Shown here: positions 1 through 13,646 of the stretch, piece by piece
Layout of the letters: every line of letters begins with the position of its first letter
Position numbering within the stretch: position 1 is the stretch's first letter
Assembly: GCA_001643675.2 (NCBI GenBank)
Contig: LSRY02000025.1
Location: 434,001-498,000 of the forward strand
Direction: 5' to 3'
Source of the DNA: Monocercomonoides exilis PA203
Taxonomy: Eukaryota; Protista; Preaxostyla
DNA: 64,000 bases
The notes under the pieces: generated by a model
Databases searched by the model: none
What the model saw: the letters and a program-made list of their open reading frames with translations, nothing else
Told to the model about the DNA's origin: nothing
Made by a program: the position numbers and the translations under genes

Positions 1-1819
1 TGCAGAAGTTTCAGTGCATGATCAGTCATTTCAGGAAAAAGCGTATGAACCTCTTCTCATAACGTCTTTTTGGCTATTCATAAACGCACTTCGACACATT
101 GATGCTTCTTGAAAAAAGTACAAATATGAAAAAGGAGAGAAACAAATGGAAGAAGAAGATGAAAAATATGATGATGATGAAATAAAAGAAGAAATAATCG
201 AAAACGGAGAAAAAGAAAAAAATTGAATAAAGAAATTTCTTCCAATTTTTCTTCTTCTTCTTTCACACAGAAAACTGTACAAAAAAAAATATAAATTTAT
301 ATTTTCTTTATCGTTTTGAAGAAAATGTTAAAGATAAAAAAGAATTCTTCTCAAAAAAGATCGTAAAGCATACGAAAGTTAATTTTCCTCAGATTTTGCT
401 GAGGAAATGTTTGAGATGAAGAGAAAGGAAGATTTGAGGAAGAGGAAGAGGAAGAGGAGAGTTATGAGAATTGTGTGGGAGAAGAAAAGAAAGATAGAAA
501 GAGAGAGAGAATGAAGGAGAAGAAAAGGAAGGAGAAGAAAAGGAAGAAAAGGAGGAGAAACAGAAAGTTAAGGCACTTGTGATATGAAAGATGGAGTTGT
601 GGAGTGTAATGTGAGATGTTGTGATGAAGCGGTACGAAATGGAAATTGAGTGTCAATGGAAGATGGCTATGTTGAAGAAGGCGGAAGCAAATGAACTGGT
701 GAAATGGAAGAGGAGGAAGAAGAAGATGATGAATAGAACAATTCTTATTCATGAGTAAATATTTTTCGAGTATTTAAAATAGCAACGTTATAAATTATCG
801 CAATTAATCAAATCCACATCAGCAGCAATGATATCCCAAAAAACTTCCATTCCAAATCATTGCACTTTAAAAAAAACAACAATCTGTTTGATTCCTTTCA
901 TATATCTTCTCCAGTTTTTTCAAAAATTTCTCATTTGTTTTCAAAATACATAAAATATAATTATTATGGTGAGGGGAAAAAAAAAAACAGTGACAGTGAA
1001 GTTAAGGAAAGTCAGATATGGGTCATTCTTTTTGAAAAGTCGCAAACGTTTAACTGATCTGAAAATAAGATCAGAAATGATCAAAAAATATTGATCATTC
1101 CGTTCCCATATAAATTTGATTAATGATATTTATGGTTATTTATTTCGCTTTATTAAGAAAAACAGGATACAATTTCGTTGAAATAATAAAAATTTTAAAC
1201 TTTATTTTGTTATACACTTATGTAAGCGAGTGCTTTCCAGTTATTTGAATCAGATGATATAAATGTTTTTATTTCCTCATTTTCATTTCATTATTTCGAA
1301 TATTCGTTATGAATTTATGGATGTTCTCTAAGTTTTTATTTTTTTCTTTTGTTGCAAACCAAATAAAATTGATTTGCTTTAATTCGAGAATTTTTCATTA
1401 AAAAATTATCAGTTAGGAAAAGTTTATCAAAAATTCATCAAAACAATACTCATTGCATTCGAAAAGTATTTAAAAAGGAGTTGGCATAAAGCAATTATTA
1501 ATGCAATTCTCGAAAAATATGGAATGAAGTATTATTTTTCAAAATATATCACAATTTTTTCAAAACTCAAAAATGCAATCTTTTCTTGTATTTAGATTCA
1601 AATAGTTTGTATCATTCAAGTTTCTTTCTTCTCGATATGTGCCTTTTTCTTCTCCCTTTCAGTTTATACAGATGAATTATATAAAGATGTTCTGCTTCAA
1701 TCTTTTCAAATTGAATAAAGAAAGCAGGCTTTTTCGGCTGGTCGTCCATTCTGATTCAAATGTGGATGCTGTTAGTGCTTCTAGTGGAAATTCTGGCTGT
1801 CTTGATGGTACATGTCTCA

Positions 1820-4800
1820 TTAAACTTCTTGTGGCAGGAGTAGCACAGCCGCCGTCTTTTCTCTCAGCGCTTTTGTCTTCTTCTCCATCTTCAACTTGAA
1901 CAGCATGCAGGTTATATTCGCCGTTTGGGATGTGAAAAAGCGCAAAGAAGAAGGCAGTCGGAGTTGATTAACCATTGTTATCTTCATCATCACTATCAGC
2001 TCCTGCAATTGACTCTTCGGATACCTCCGCGGTGGCAGTTTCAAACAAGTCGGCTGGAGCGATGGACTACATCGAGAGGTGGCTTATGTGTATGAAAATC
2101 ACAATAGTCGTTACTGAGGGAGCAACAGACGCTTCGAATGATTTGTTGTGGCTCGGCGGGCGGTACTGTATGGGGGTGTTGTGTGTGCATACGATGTGGA
2201 GCTTTCAGCGATGCTTTCGGTTCCGCTGGTCGCCCCGCTTCCGTCGCTTGCAGCGTCGGTGGGAACGAAGCCAGAGGGAAAGCAGAATTTTGTGTCGGTT
2301 GTATGAATACGTTCATGTCGATCTGCGATCTGTTTGACCCTTCGCTGTTAATATGGCGATCGCAACAGTCGAGGTGTGATGTGGTGAAGTTGGATGAGAA
2401 AGTGATGGTGTGAGGGGCTGCAGTGTGTGAAGTCGGGGAGATTATGGAGAAGGCGCTGGAGGAATCAGAAATGATGATGAAGGATGAGGTAATGTCGCCA
2501 GCAGCGATTGCGCTGGCGGTGCTGGAGGAGCGAGAAGAGGCAGATGAATGTGAAGGGAATGAGGAGAAAGGCGGGTATCCGGCAGCGCACAGAGAGTTTG
2601 TGGAAAGAATCAAAGAGAAACAGAGGAAGCAGTAAGAAGCGATGGCGCTGCTGGTTGTAAAGGCGCTTGGGCTGAGTCGGCTGAGGTTTGTGAAGGAGGA
2701 GACCAAAGCAGAGGTAGACAAGCAGCAATTAGTGAAATCTTAAGAATGCAGTATTTCGTCAGCCGATTGCATCCAACAGGAGATATTAAGAGCAGAAGAA
2801 GAAGCAGTAGATGGGTCTTTGGGAATAATTTCAGATGGAAGTGAATGAAGTGTGAGGAGCAGATGGAAATATCAGTTGATCATTTGATAATAATTTAGGA
2901 AAAAGATAAATCCCATGAAGTTAGTGGGGAAAAGCCGTTTGATTTGTGAGGAGTGATAAGAAGAAGAAGAGGAAGAAGAGGAAAATGGAGGAAAATTTGA
3001 GCGAAGACAGAAGAGCGAAGTTCCGTGGTTGTTCTATTTGGTTGAGGGATTACGAGAAGTGCCTTGACACAAAAAGGCAATCAGTAAATGATGCGTGTGT
3101 GCATTGCAGACGGGCAGACTTTTGATGTGCTGGGCGAGCTGGATATGCCGCTGACCATAAGCTGTGTCAAGATGTCAATGAAATGGCGAAGATACAGCTG
3201 AGGAACAAAGCCAAAGAGGAATCTGACTTTGGAGCCCTGCGAGATTTTCATGCAGCATGGGACAGAGAGAGAAGCAGTGGTGAAGCAGGCGATTGTGGAA
3301 GATTTGGCGGTTATTTTTTTCGAAATTTTTGAATAGTTCGAGCACAAAGCAGAGGAGAAAGAGTTTGTGTGTGGTATCTTTATCAGCCAGGATGAGCTGA
3401 TCCGCCTTGCGAATGAGCACGCTTTTATGAAGCAACGGCTTCTGTGCTGTGGAGTGACAACGACTGTTGTGATGGAGAACAGATGATTCAGCGAAGGTGA
3501 AGTTCACAACGGAGAAAAGAATTGAAGCTTCACGGCAGAGCAGAGAAGGAGAAGAAGCAGGTAATGTGAAGGAGATTTTGAGCAATTGTTCAGCGATGCA
3601 ATCAGTGCATGCGTTTGAGGATGTGTCTGATGGGGCGTCTCATGCGGATACGCAGCTGATATGGCTAGGTGAGTGAATTGAGGCGGAGGTGCAGAAGGCG
3701 GGGAAGCTTATTCATTCAACATATCAGACAAGAGGCTCGGTACAGAAGAGGTGTTTATTTGAGAAGACATTCAAATGCTGTACAGACGATGGGTTAACGC
3801 GGCTGCAATGCTTCGAACACCATTTCTAACCGACCACGCTTCTCAGCGGTTGTTCCTATGGATGCTCCCATGGCATTGAAGATGGCAGCAGAGAATCTTC
3901 ATTACAATTTTGTTTCTTCTTCTTCTTCTTCTTCTTCCTCCTCTTCTTCCTCTTCTTCCTCTTCTTCTTTTTCTTCTTCCTCAACTTCTCCTTCCCCTTC
4001 TTTATCATCCCCATCTTCTCCATTGATTACTACACTATCACCATCTCCTTCATCACCTTCTTCCTCTTCCTCCTCCTCTTCTTCTTCGTCGTCGTCAATT
4101 TCTATTTTTTTTGAGTGTCTGTTCCTTTTTCATATCCTCCTTATCATCTCAAATATCTCATCTGTCACATTCCTCTTCTTCTCTCTTTTCATCTGCCTCA
4201 GCACATGCATCTCTGGAAGCACTTGCTTTGAACAGTACGTCAAATGCGTGTGTTCTGACGAGTTGCCCGTCGATGTGCTTGTTTCATTGGCTTTTCGGTA
4301 TTTGCGTAGCTCCATCGACCTCCTCATCTCCTGATGCGACGAATGGGAAGAGTGTGACGAAGGCATTGGTGGAGGTATATCGTCAAGAGGAGTTGGGGAT
4401 TTGAACAGACAAGGAGACGAATGGAAGAAGCGCTTCTGCGATGATGTCTGTGAAGATTAAGAGTATGTGACCGGGAGAAGCGGTGGGGCATCAGCAGCGG
4501 AGGAGGAAAGAGGCGCAGACATATCTGATGAAAGAGATGAGGAGGAAGTGGTGGAGATGATAGCAGACGAAGTGACTGCAGCTGGCAAGTTTGATGAGGT
4601 AGTTAGGGCTGTTGCAGCAGCAGATTGTTGGAGGCTTCCTGGATCAACCAAATGAGAAGGATGTGAGGGAGAGCTTGTTAATGTGAGTGACTGCTGCGAT
4701 GTGGCTGAGGATATGCGGGTGTGGAGATAGTTCGTGTTCTAAGAGGAAGACAATGATTGAGACTGAGACTGAGATGAAGACTGAGGTTGTCTGGTGAGTG

Positions 4801-7800
4801 CAGGGCCAGGCGAGGTGGATGTGGACATCTGCTGGATGGGCTGAGAGAAGGAAAGAAGAGCAGAGAAAGAGGAGGAAGCGAGAGATGTTGGAGAAGTCAG
4901 AGAGGCCAAGTTAGAAGAAGCAGAGGAAGATAAAGGTGGAAGGGAAGAAGAAGACGACGACGAAGAAGAAGATGATGATGCAATGGATGCAGTTGAAGAT
5001 ACCTCAAGCACAATCGTCGGAGCCAACATTGATGCAGACACAGAAAACGATGTGTCATCAAAGAAAGAGTGAAGCGTGGCTCACTTAAAAGTGGTAGAAA
5101 ATGCAGTGTTTGATGTGCTTATCTCAGAGAGGTGAGCTGTTGATGAGTGTGTGCCTGCTATAAACGTGGTTGTTTGAGCGATGAAGGGTGCAGGGAAGAT
5201 GGGTGAAGTGACTGAGATAGAGGCAAAGGCTGATACTGTTAAAGAAGGTAAAGCAGATATAGAAGAAGGAGAAGAGGAAGAGGAAGAAGAAGAAGAGGAG
5301 GAGGAGGAAGACGCTATATTTCCAAATGGCTTTTGAGTTGATTGAGTTGCAAGGGTCAGAAGTGTTGATCCTTTCGTCTTGTTTGTCGATATCACACTGA
5401 ATGCAAAGTTCGCAGACTGCAACTGGATATCTTCTCCTTTTCGTGTTGGAGTGATAGAAGATTCATTCACTGTTTGTATTGTTATGCGAGTGGGAGTGGC
5501 AGGCACAGGAATTAGTGTCTTGTTGAGCTACCTGGGTGACTGCAGCTGAGTATTCGAAGCAGAAGATGTCTGAGAGGACGAAAGCTTGCTGAGAAACAGC
5601 ATAGATTGGTCTGTTGAATTGGAGGATTTGTGTCTGGAAGGAGAAGTGAAAGACGCAGATGGAATGGATGAGGATGAGAGAGAAAGAGGAGGAGAAGAGG
5701 AAGATGATGATAAGGAAAAAGACGAGGAAGAAGCAGACAAAGTGGCAGATGAACTGGGCGGAAACGCCAAAGACACAAAAGGAGGTGGAGAAAGAGGAGA
5801 ATTGGCCATTGTATCGTCTGCAGAATTCTGGGGAAGTGAAAATGGAACCTGCGATTGAGCGAAAAAGCGGGGAGTTTGAAAGCGTGGAGAGCCATCTGCC
5901 TGCGAAAGCTGTTGCTGTTGATTTTGGTCAAGTTGCTGGGTATTCATCAGACTTCCACTTGAGTTCTCTTTGAAATTCAAATGCTTCATTTGAACACTTT
6001 CTTTCGATGAACTGTTGGTCTTTGAAGAAATATGAGAAACCTGTGTGGATTGATTGTTTTTTCTGTCTTCTGCTTGCATGCTATCAATTTCAGTTTTTGC
6101 TTCAAGCATTCCATATCCATCTTCTTTCACTGATGCATTAAAAGAACGTGATAAGTCCAATGAATTGTTGTTTTGTGGAGTTATTCGCCCCAAATGAGAC
6201 TGTTGAAGCAGCTGTGACTGCAGTCTCTTTCGAAGATTGTTGGAATACACCTCAATTGTTTTAATAGCTGATGAAGGGAACGAAGAAGAAGAAGAAACAG
6301 AAGAAGATGTTGACGATGTTGATGATACTGATAAAGTTGTATTAGTTGTATAAACAGAAGTTGATGATGATAATGTTAAGTCATCAGAAGGCAAAGAAAA
6401 AGGTGTCAATTGTGGACACACTTCAGGCTGTAAAAGTTGATAAGGATTGCTTCCTTTGCTTTGTGGAGTGCTATTCAATGGATTACTCTGCTTTCTTGTT
6501 GGCAATAAAAGAGACGAAGCAGAAGCAGAAGCAGAGGAAGAAGTAGAAGAGGAGGAGGAAGAGGAAGAATTAGAATTATTCGAAGCATTTCCAACAGAGT
6601 ATGCATTCTGAGCTGTTGGGAGTATTGTTCCCATCTGCACAACCATCCTCACGTCATCGAATGTCTGCTGTGTCTGTGTATGAACAGGCCTCTTTTCAGA
6701 TGTGCTGAATGAACCAGAGGCAGAAGAGAAGCGGTTGACAGATGCAGACGAATAAAGCACACTCGAATTCCCGCTGGTCGGTACAGAAGACGGCTGCAAA
6801 GGGACTCGGGGCAGAGAAGAAGGGTTGATGGGGATATGTATTGCATCAGCTTCAGTGGAGAACAAGAAAGAGTTTGAGTCTTGTTTAGCACTTCAGCACG
6901 GGTGGAGGCAGATGGGGAGGAGAAGTGGGAGGTTGAAGAGATGAGAGAAAGATTGGACTCCTTTTTGGGCAAGTTTGAAGATGGACTGCACAAAAAGAGG
7001 GGGAGAAGCAGCAGAACGACGAGGAAGAGGAAGAGGAAGAGGAAGAGGAAGAAGAAGGGGAAGATAAAGAGAAAGAGAAAGAGAAAGAGGAAGAGGAAGA
7101 GGAAGAGGAAGAGGAAGAGGAAGAGGAAGAGTAAGAGGAAGAGGAAGAGGAAGAGTAAGAGGAAGAGGAAGAGGAAGAGGAAGAGGAAGAGGAAGAAGAG
7201 GAAAAGAAGGAGAAGGAGAAGGAGAAGGAGAATGAAAGAGAGGAAACAAGGGCTGGAGTTGAATGGTTTGGGGAAACGAGTTGAGATAAAGCATATGGTT
7301 GTGCAGGAGTTTTTGAATGTTGTGAGCGAAGAGTGGGAGGTAAATGAGGAAGAATGGAAGGCGATGAAGTATGTGAAGTGGGAGAAGATGCATAAGGTGT
7401 GGATGTATGTGTGTGATGTGGTGATGATGAGCACGACAGCTTTGCAGAGGTCTGCAGAGGTGCTAATGCAAGCGCCAGAATCGATTGCGCTGCAAAGGGG
7501 CACTGAGAAAAGGACATAAAGCAATTCACTGAAGTTTGATGGCACTCTTCCGTAGTCTTGGGCGTTATTCTTCTTGCTGAGAAAAGTGTTTGTTCTATAT
7601 CCAGTGCATTTGATGATTCGGCAGTCTAATATGTGTTGCAGCAGAGAATGAGGGCTCATGGTGGGGTGAAAGCAGAAGGGAGGATGCTGGAGGCAGAGAG
7701 GAGAGACAGGGTACATATGTCGCAGGATGCGGAGAAAGAAGTGCTGCTTGAGTTTCTGGAGAAGAAGTATCTGCAAAAAGCAGAAGTGGATTTGTTGATG

Positions 7801-8092
7801 ATTTTGTGGTAGTTATAGTCGAAGAGTGTATCCGAAATTGTGGTTTCGATACTGTAGGCTGAATGTGGGACAATGCTGTGGCGCAACTGCATGAGATAAC
7901 AATGGTGAAAGGGATGCAAGTGTATTGAAGTTTCGCTATCAGAACAATGTGCATATTTTCGTGTTTGGAATAGAAGAAGAAGAGTGGTAGGATGAGGTGG
8001 AAGAAGAGATGATGATGAAGAGACATTGAAAATGGAGTGAAGAGGAAAAGAAGATTAAAGAGAGAAAATATGTTTTGATGATTCCGTTTCAA
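1820..8092 (-). pseudogene. Large decayed Ser/Thr-rich low-complexity gene of unknown function
   Basis: ORFs 5528-6865, 5081-5506, 4739-5041, 4457-4651 and 4130-4366 share one minus-strand frame, separated by single stops (TAG, TGA, TAG, TAA; the last ends in TGA). Further coding-like pieces at 2041-2721, 3081-3585 and 6885-7919. No recognisable domain; outer limits approximate. Confidence 0.5.
7021..7231. repeat. (GAGGAA)n purine hexamer microsatellite with GAGAAA/GAGTAA variants
   Basis: Visible tandem array; explains the poly-KR, poly-S, poly-LP and poly-LF ORFs here. Confidence 0.95.
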
Positions 8093-8109
8093 TATTTGTT
8101 GAAATGATC

Positions 8110-8960
8110 GCTGAATTGAATGCTAAACTTGAATCAGAGACTGTCCAGCCGCTTTTATCATTATTTCCTCGAATTTCATACTTCATACAGCAAATTCCAA
8201 TTCATCGCTCATCAAAATCGTTTTATTGACAATAACTTTCTTTATTCCTATCAACCATGTGAGGGCGTGCTTCAAGGTCAAACAAGGAAATTGGACAATT
8301 CCACAATGAAAATGATTGAATGCATCAACATTGCTCACAAAGATTTCTTCTGGGGCGGGAAGGAGAGAGATGCACAGAGGAATAGCGACGCTCGAATTTC
8401 CGTTGTCATATCCTCTCACCTTGTCAAGAGAATCCAATGAATCTGTCACACATGTGATATTTTGTGAGTTTGCAGTTTCTTCCAGATTCGGAGAAATAAC
8501 AAAGATCTCTCTTCCCCACTTGGATGTGTTTGCTCCGAATGAAGATGATATCAGGAAATCTGTGTTTTCATTCAATCATCGATGAAGAATTCCTCCCCAC
8601 AGGTCATCGGATGCAGAACAAAAGCTCCCATCAAAAGATCCACCTTTCACTTTCACTTCATTTTCATTCCCAACACATAGAATCATCAACACTCAGTTGG
8701 CTGATGTTCTGCTTCCACATCCTGTTAATGAACAAGTATTCAGATCTTTGTCTTATATGCCATTTAAAAAACTGATGTTTACTGTTAACTGTGCACTTTT
8801 CAATTAAAATGCATGATTGAATTATAAATAAAAATTGAAAATTTTTTGTTAAAATAAAATACTAACCACTTAATTTATCAAATTTTCAGATGCATCAAAT
8901 ATGTGTGTTCTATCTTCGCATTTGTGTTAAGTTCAGGCTTATAATGCAAATGAAAGATAC
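8110..8960 (-). pseudogene. Orphan ectodomain fragment of the giant receptor family
   Basis: ORF 8183-8575 (LISSSFGANTSKWGREIFVISPNLE...HCGIVQFPCLTLKH...ILMSDEL) aligns closely with receptor 2 at ~57650-58010 (LISSSFGTNTAKWGRDIFVLSPNLE...HCGIVQFPCLTVKH...ILMSDEL). DNA similarity continues through stops and frameshifts over ~8130-8730; outer limits approximate. Confidence 0.88.
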
Positions 8961-11644
8961 CATTCAAATGAAATTTTGAAATAACATTGAAAATAGAGTT
9001 TTTCATATAAAGAATCGAAACACACTTTGCCCATTTCATAGCTCCACAATTTCATAACTATTCATGCTAATAAAACCTTTTCACATTGAAATACTGAAAT
9101 TTTAGTTTTGATCAAAAAATATGATACATAATTTTTCTATTCGGAAAATTTCTATTCATAAGGAGATTTGAAATGAACTTGCTAGCATTGTTGTAAAATA
9201 ATCATTTTTTCATAAGAATTATGGAAACGGAGTGTTTTTGAATTAACTTTCATGGGACAAATTTTTGATCTGAAGCGACTTTTCAAAAATAACGACCCAT
9301 ATATTCATGAAAAGCAAAGTTTGGGAAAAAACAATCATTTCAAAATTTTCGACAAATGAAAAATTTCTCGACCGACAAATTGCACTCAAAAAATGTGTGT
9401 CGCAGAGGCCTAATTTTATTCCTCCAGACATGAGAGAAAATCAAATTTTAATTTAACAATTTTTCAATTGTTTTTTTTAAGTTTGATTATAATTGTCTGA
9501 ATATATTTTTTTTTGGAAAGTTTGATTCTTTTTAGCAAAATGAATTATTCACGAAAAAGTTACAGCTGAAACGGAAAAGAATCATGTGGAACAAGCATAA
9601 TTCTTGAAATCACTCGAAGTCTGATTCTTTTCACGGAAACCATTAAAGTTTTATTAAAGAATGTTGTTTTGGGGAAATCTTTTATTTTCTAAAAAACAAC
9701 AAAAACACATTCGTCCGTTTGCAAATAACGAAGGGATAAAGATTATAATTTTTGATTGTTTTTTCTTTGAACAAACGAAATTGCAACATCTTTTCATGAA
9801 GTGAGAATATTTTCAACAAAATCCACAAATATGAACTTACAAATAATGAAAACCCATTGCGCATTAATGGAATTGAAAGTCTTTTTTATTCACCAACAAC
9901 AATTTAACTTTAACGAATACAGAAAAGATTGGGTTTTAAAGAGCAAGGTAAACTTGTTACGATCATTTCTTGATTTATCAGAAAATAAGTATTTTTATTG
10001 AAATTATGACCAACACATACAACACTTCCTTTTCAGTTGTCAAGTGAAAATATTTGAAATGATTTGTTTGCATTCACATAAATAACTTTTAACGAAATAA
10101 ATTATAGTTGTGGAAAATATTTGTTGAATAATAATTTTTTTTTAAATATTCTTTTTGTGATAATAATATATGAACAAAAAGTGTTCATTGAAAGATATTT
10201 GAATGACGTTGCAAAACATTATGTTGTTATATCAATGATTCATAAAAATAGATGAAAAATTTCAATTCATTTTGAAATTAGAAATAAAATATTTATGGTA
10301 TAAGTGGAACTATTTTCGAAGACTTGATTCAAATATTTTCTGAATGTCTCTTTTTCCCTGGTATGTTCAACTCTTTTATATTTTCCCACTTTTTGTGTCG
10401 ATTCATTGATCCGGCTTAAATTTCAAAAACATGTCAACGTCATTGCGTTTGTTTTTCACTATGTGCACTTCATTAATGATTGAATAAACTAATGTTCACT
10501 GTCTTCAAATCTGAGGTGGCAAACAAATATTTAAAACAACCTTTGCATCTTCTGCATTGAAACAAACAATCGAGCAATTGTTTTCCATCAGAAAATCAAC
10601 ACAACGTAGTCTCCTTCAGTCATTCATGATGCATTTTATCGAAGTGTAGTTTTGCTCAATTCTTTTTGGATCGTTCTGTTGAAACAGTCAGAACTATCAT
10701 TTCTAACTTTTCACACTCAATTAAACAGATTCATTTATTATCGTATTCGTATTTCAAGCAAAAAACTTCTTGAAGAATAAGAAAGTCATTTGGAAAAGAA
10801 TATTGAGACTTTTTCAGAAATGGATGAAAAAGAATAAAAAGAAACGAAACATTTTTCGGATTGTTTTTTGAAAATGAAAGTGAAATGAAAACAAGTCAAA
10901 AATGCTGTTTCAATAAACGAGAAGATCTTATCATTTTCAAGTGTTTAAGGTAAAAGAAAGACTGCTCAAAACAAAAATTCTGATTTTTGTTTTCTTTTGA
11001 CATGCAGTTTGTGCAAAAAATACCGAACAAGATCGATATCTCAATAACCGCAATAAGAAAAATTCTTAAAAATTTTCTCAAAATATTTCTCATCAAAACA
11101 AGCTCAATTGATAAAAGAGACTTTCAAAATAGCTTCATTTGTGCTCAGAAAAAACAATTTTGTAATTTTCTGAGAAATAGAATTTTGAGTTTCTCCGAGA
11201 TTGTTATTATAATTTTTTCTGAGAACAAATAAAGCTATTTGGGGCAAAATATAAAACTTCAGGCATTTTCATTGAAAAATTATGTATCAAAGATGAACTT
11301 TTTGTGATCATGAAATTTGAAAAAAATGTGTTCATTATTTGAAATGTGTTTGAGGTCATATAATTTTCGATTATAACATCAATGATAGCTATTTGCATTT
11401 TTGAAAATTCAATTAATTCTGAAATCTGAGAAAGATAAAAAAATAAGAGAGAAACATTAAAGTGCATTAGCACCTTTATTTTCAAGAAAAACATCCATTC
11501 AATTCCTTCTTTTTTATTTGAGATCACGATCAATGGGTCATCGCCACGATCGGATCAATGTTGCAATCGTCACAGTTCTCGACATTTCCTGGACTTACGC
11601 CGTCAACCTAAGCAGCCGGACTGCCAGGTGGGGCGCAAAGCCAG

Positions 11645-12406
11645 ATGAACGTCCATTCGCAGCCGCCACTCCTTTCTCCTCCGTTTATCAACCATTCTGC
11701 AGGATTTTCGACACAGCCGTCAGATAGAGAAGAGAGCAAACGAGAAGAAGAAGAAAGCATGTACGAAGCTGCAGCATCTGTTTTTGTCAAAGTACTTGTG
11801 CAGGATCTCGTTAAATCTTTTCTCGTCATTCAGATTCCTTCTTTTTCAGTGGAAAGAAATCAGCAGGAATATTCTTCACACGATTTAAGCCCCTTATTGC
11901 CACAAATGCCTCCTCCAGCAACAAAATGTTAGAACTGGTTCAACGATGCACTTGACAGTGCAGGATATAAACAGTAGATGTGCCTGTGTAAAGCGTTCAA
12001 AGCCGTTATGTTTTGCTTTGCTGAAATGGATTCCAACAAGGAGAGTGCACGACAGAGAGCTTTATATGCTCTTATGCTCAAGGCAAAAGCTTTCCAGGAG
12101 GCTAGAAATACAAGAATTCAAGTGTAGTTATGTTTCACAGCAGCGAAAAAAATGCAAGCAGAAGCGGCGGCTGGATTGTTGAAATCGAGACTAGAACAGA
12201 TCCTGAAAGAATCGGAGCTTGAAACGGATATGGCTAGTGCGCGAAGGAGATACAGGAGTTTTGAAGCAATGCTTAAGGCGAAGAAGCAAAAAAGAGATTT
12301 CCGTTCATCCAGCCCAGTTCAGGCACCGTCAAAAGGAGGAGCAGGTCAGAAGTTTTTTCGTTACAGACCCCGCTCTTTCTCAGGAAAAGGAAGCTATGGA
12401 AGCTGA
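11645..12406 (+). pseudogene. Gag-like ORF1 remnant of DIRS A
   Basis: Fragmented ORFs upstream of RT ending in a basic G/R/F-rich tail (QKFFRYRPRSFSGKGSYGS); assigned by position. Confidence 0.5.
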
Positions 12407-12489
12407 ACAAGAGCAGCAGGATGGGACAGTCGGAATAGAGGTCTTCAAATGAATTAACGAAAGCTACAGAGAAAGATTCGCAGCCAGAT

Positions 12490-13622
12490 CAGATCATTGG
12501 AGGAAGGATGGTTTTGTTCTCAAAGGAATGGGAAGAGATTGGAGGAGGAGATTTGATCCGAAATGGGATCCAAGCGATGTGGAAGAACAGAAGTGAGAGA
12601 GAGAAACTTTCAAAGATGTCGTACAGAGATGGAGCCGAGCGAACAAGCGAGGAGCACAGAAGTGCCTTCAAGGATTTGTTGGAGTTACAGACGTGGAACG
12701 GAATTGTGGAGGAGATAAATCAGGAAGATGTCAAACACAGGAATAACGTATTCCTAATCAAGAAGAAGAACGGAACGTGGAGACAGATCTTTGACTGTAG
12801 TCGTTTGAATGCAGCTGCTCTCAGAACGCATTTCAAATGCGACAACGAGTGAACAGTGGAGAGAATATTGCTGAAAGAAGATTGGGCAGCAACGATAGAC
12901 CTTCATCAAGCGTATTATCTACTCCCAGTTTCAGAGAATCTCAAACCATATCTCGCTTTCAGATTTCTCGGAAAAGATTACGTATTCAAAGGAATACCTT
13001 TCGGATTCGAAGATGCACCCAGAATATTCACCTATGTTATGAGGAAAGTTACGAAGGAAATAAGAAGAAGATGGCATGTGCGGTTAGCAGCCTATTTGGA
13101 CGACTTGCTAATATTTCATCAAGATCAAATGCATCTAAGAAGAATTACTGAAGAGATTGTGTAGTTTTGAGAGTAGCTTGGGCTGCAAGTGAACAAGGAA
13201 AAAAGCCACCTATCTGCCAGCAGAGAGTTTGTTTACCTCGGATACAGATGGAACTCGGAAATGAGGAGGTTCAGTTGACAGAAGACAGCAGACTTGCGTT
13301 GATGAAAGAAGAAGACAAACGGAAAGTGAAAGCAGTGAATGCCAAGAAGGTGAGAATAAGAGATTTCGCCTCGTTCGTTGGAAAACTCAGCGCAACCCTT
13401 TCGTTCAGCAAGACGCTTCACTTTGGCTGCATTCCATGTATCGCATCTAACAAAAAGGATTGGAGTTGCATGGATGGAACGGACAGATGAGAATCAACGC
13501 ATCCATTATACAACAGATTCTGCAATGGAGTGAGATATCGAAATCACTCCCTCAAGGAAAGTTGTTGCCTGTGTTTGGCCCAAAGGCAGTGATGACAACA
13601 GATGCATCGGAGGCGGCATGAC
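12490..13622 (+). pseudogene. Reverse transcriptase and RNase H start of DIRS A
   Basis: Motifs FLIKKKNGTWRQIFDCSRLN, TIDLHQAYY, PFGFEDAPRIFT, AYLDDLLI, then MTTDASE; in-frame stops and frameshifts. Confidence 0.92.
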
Positions 13623-13646
13623 TGAGAAGAATGGTGGAAACGCGCT

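Noticed and set aside
6881-7519. Lys/Arg-rich protamine-like ORF, and the homopolymeric ORFs at 53364-54463
   Set aside because: By-products of microsatellites that are open in several frames.
8960-11450. Genes or TE termini in the AT-rich spacer
   Set aside because: Only short F/K/I/N-rich spurious ORFs; no paired termini found by eye.
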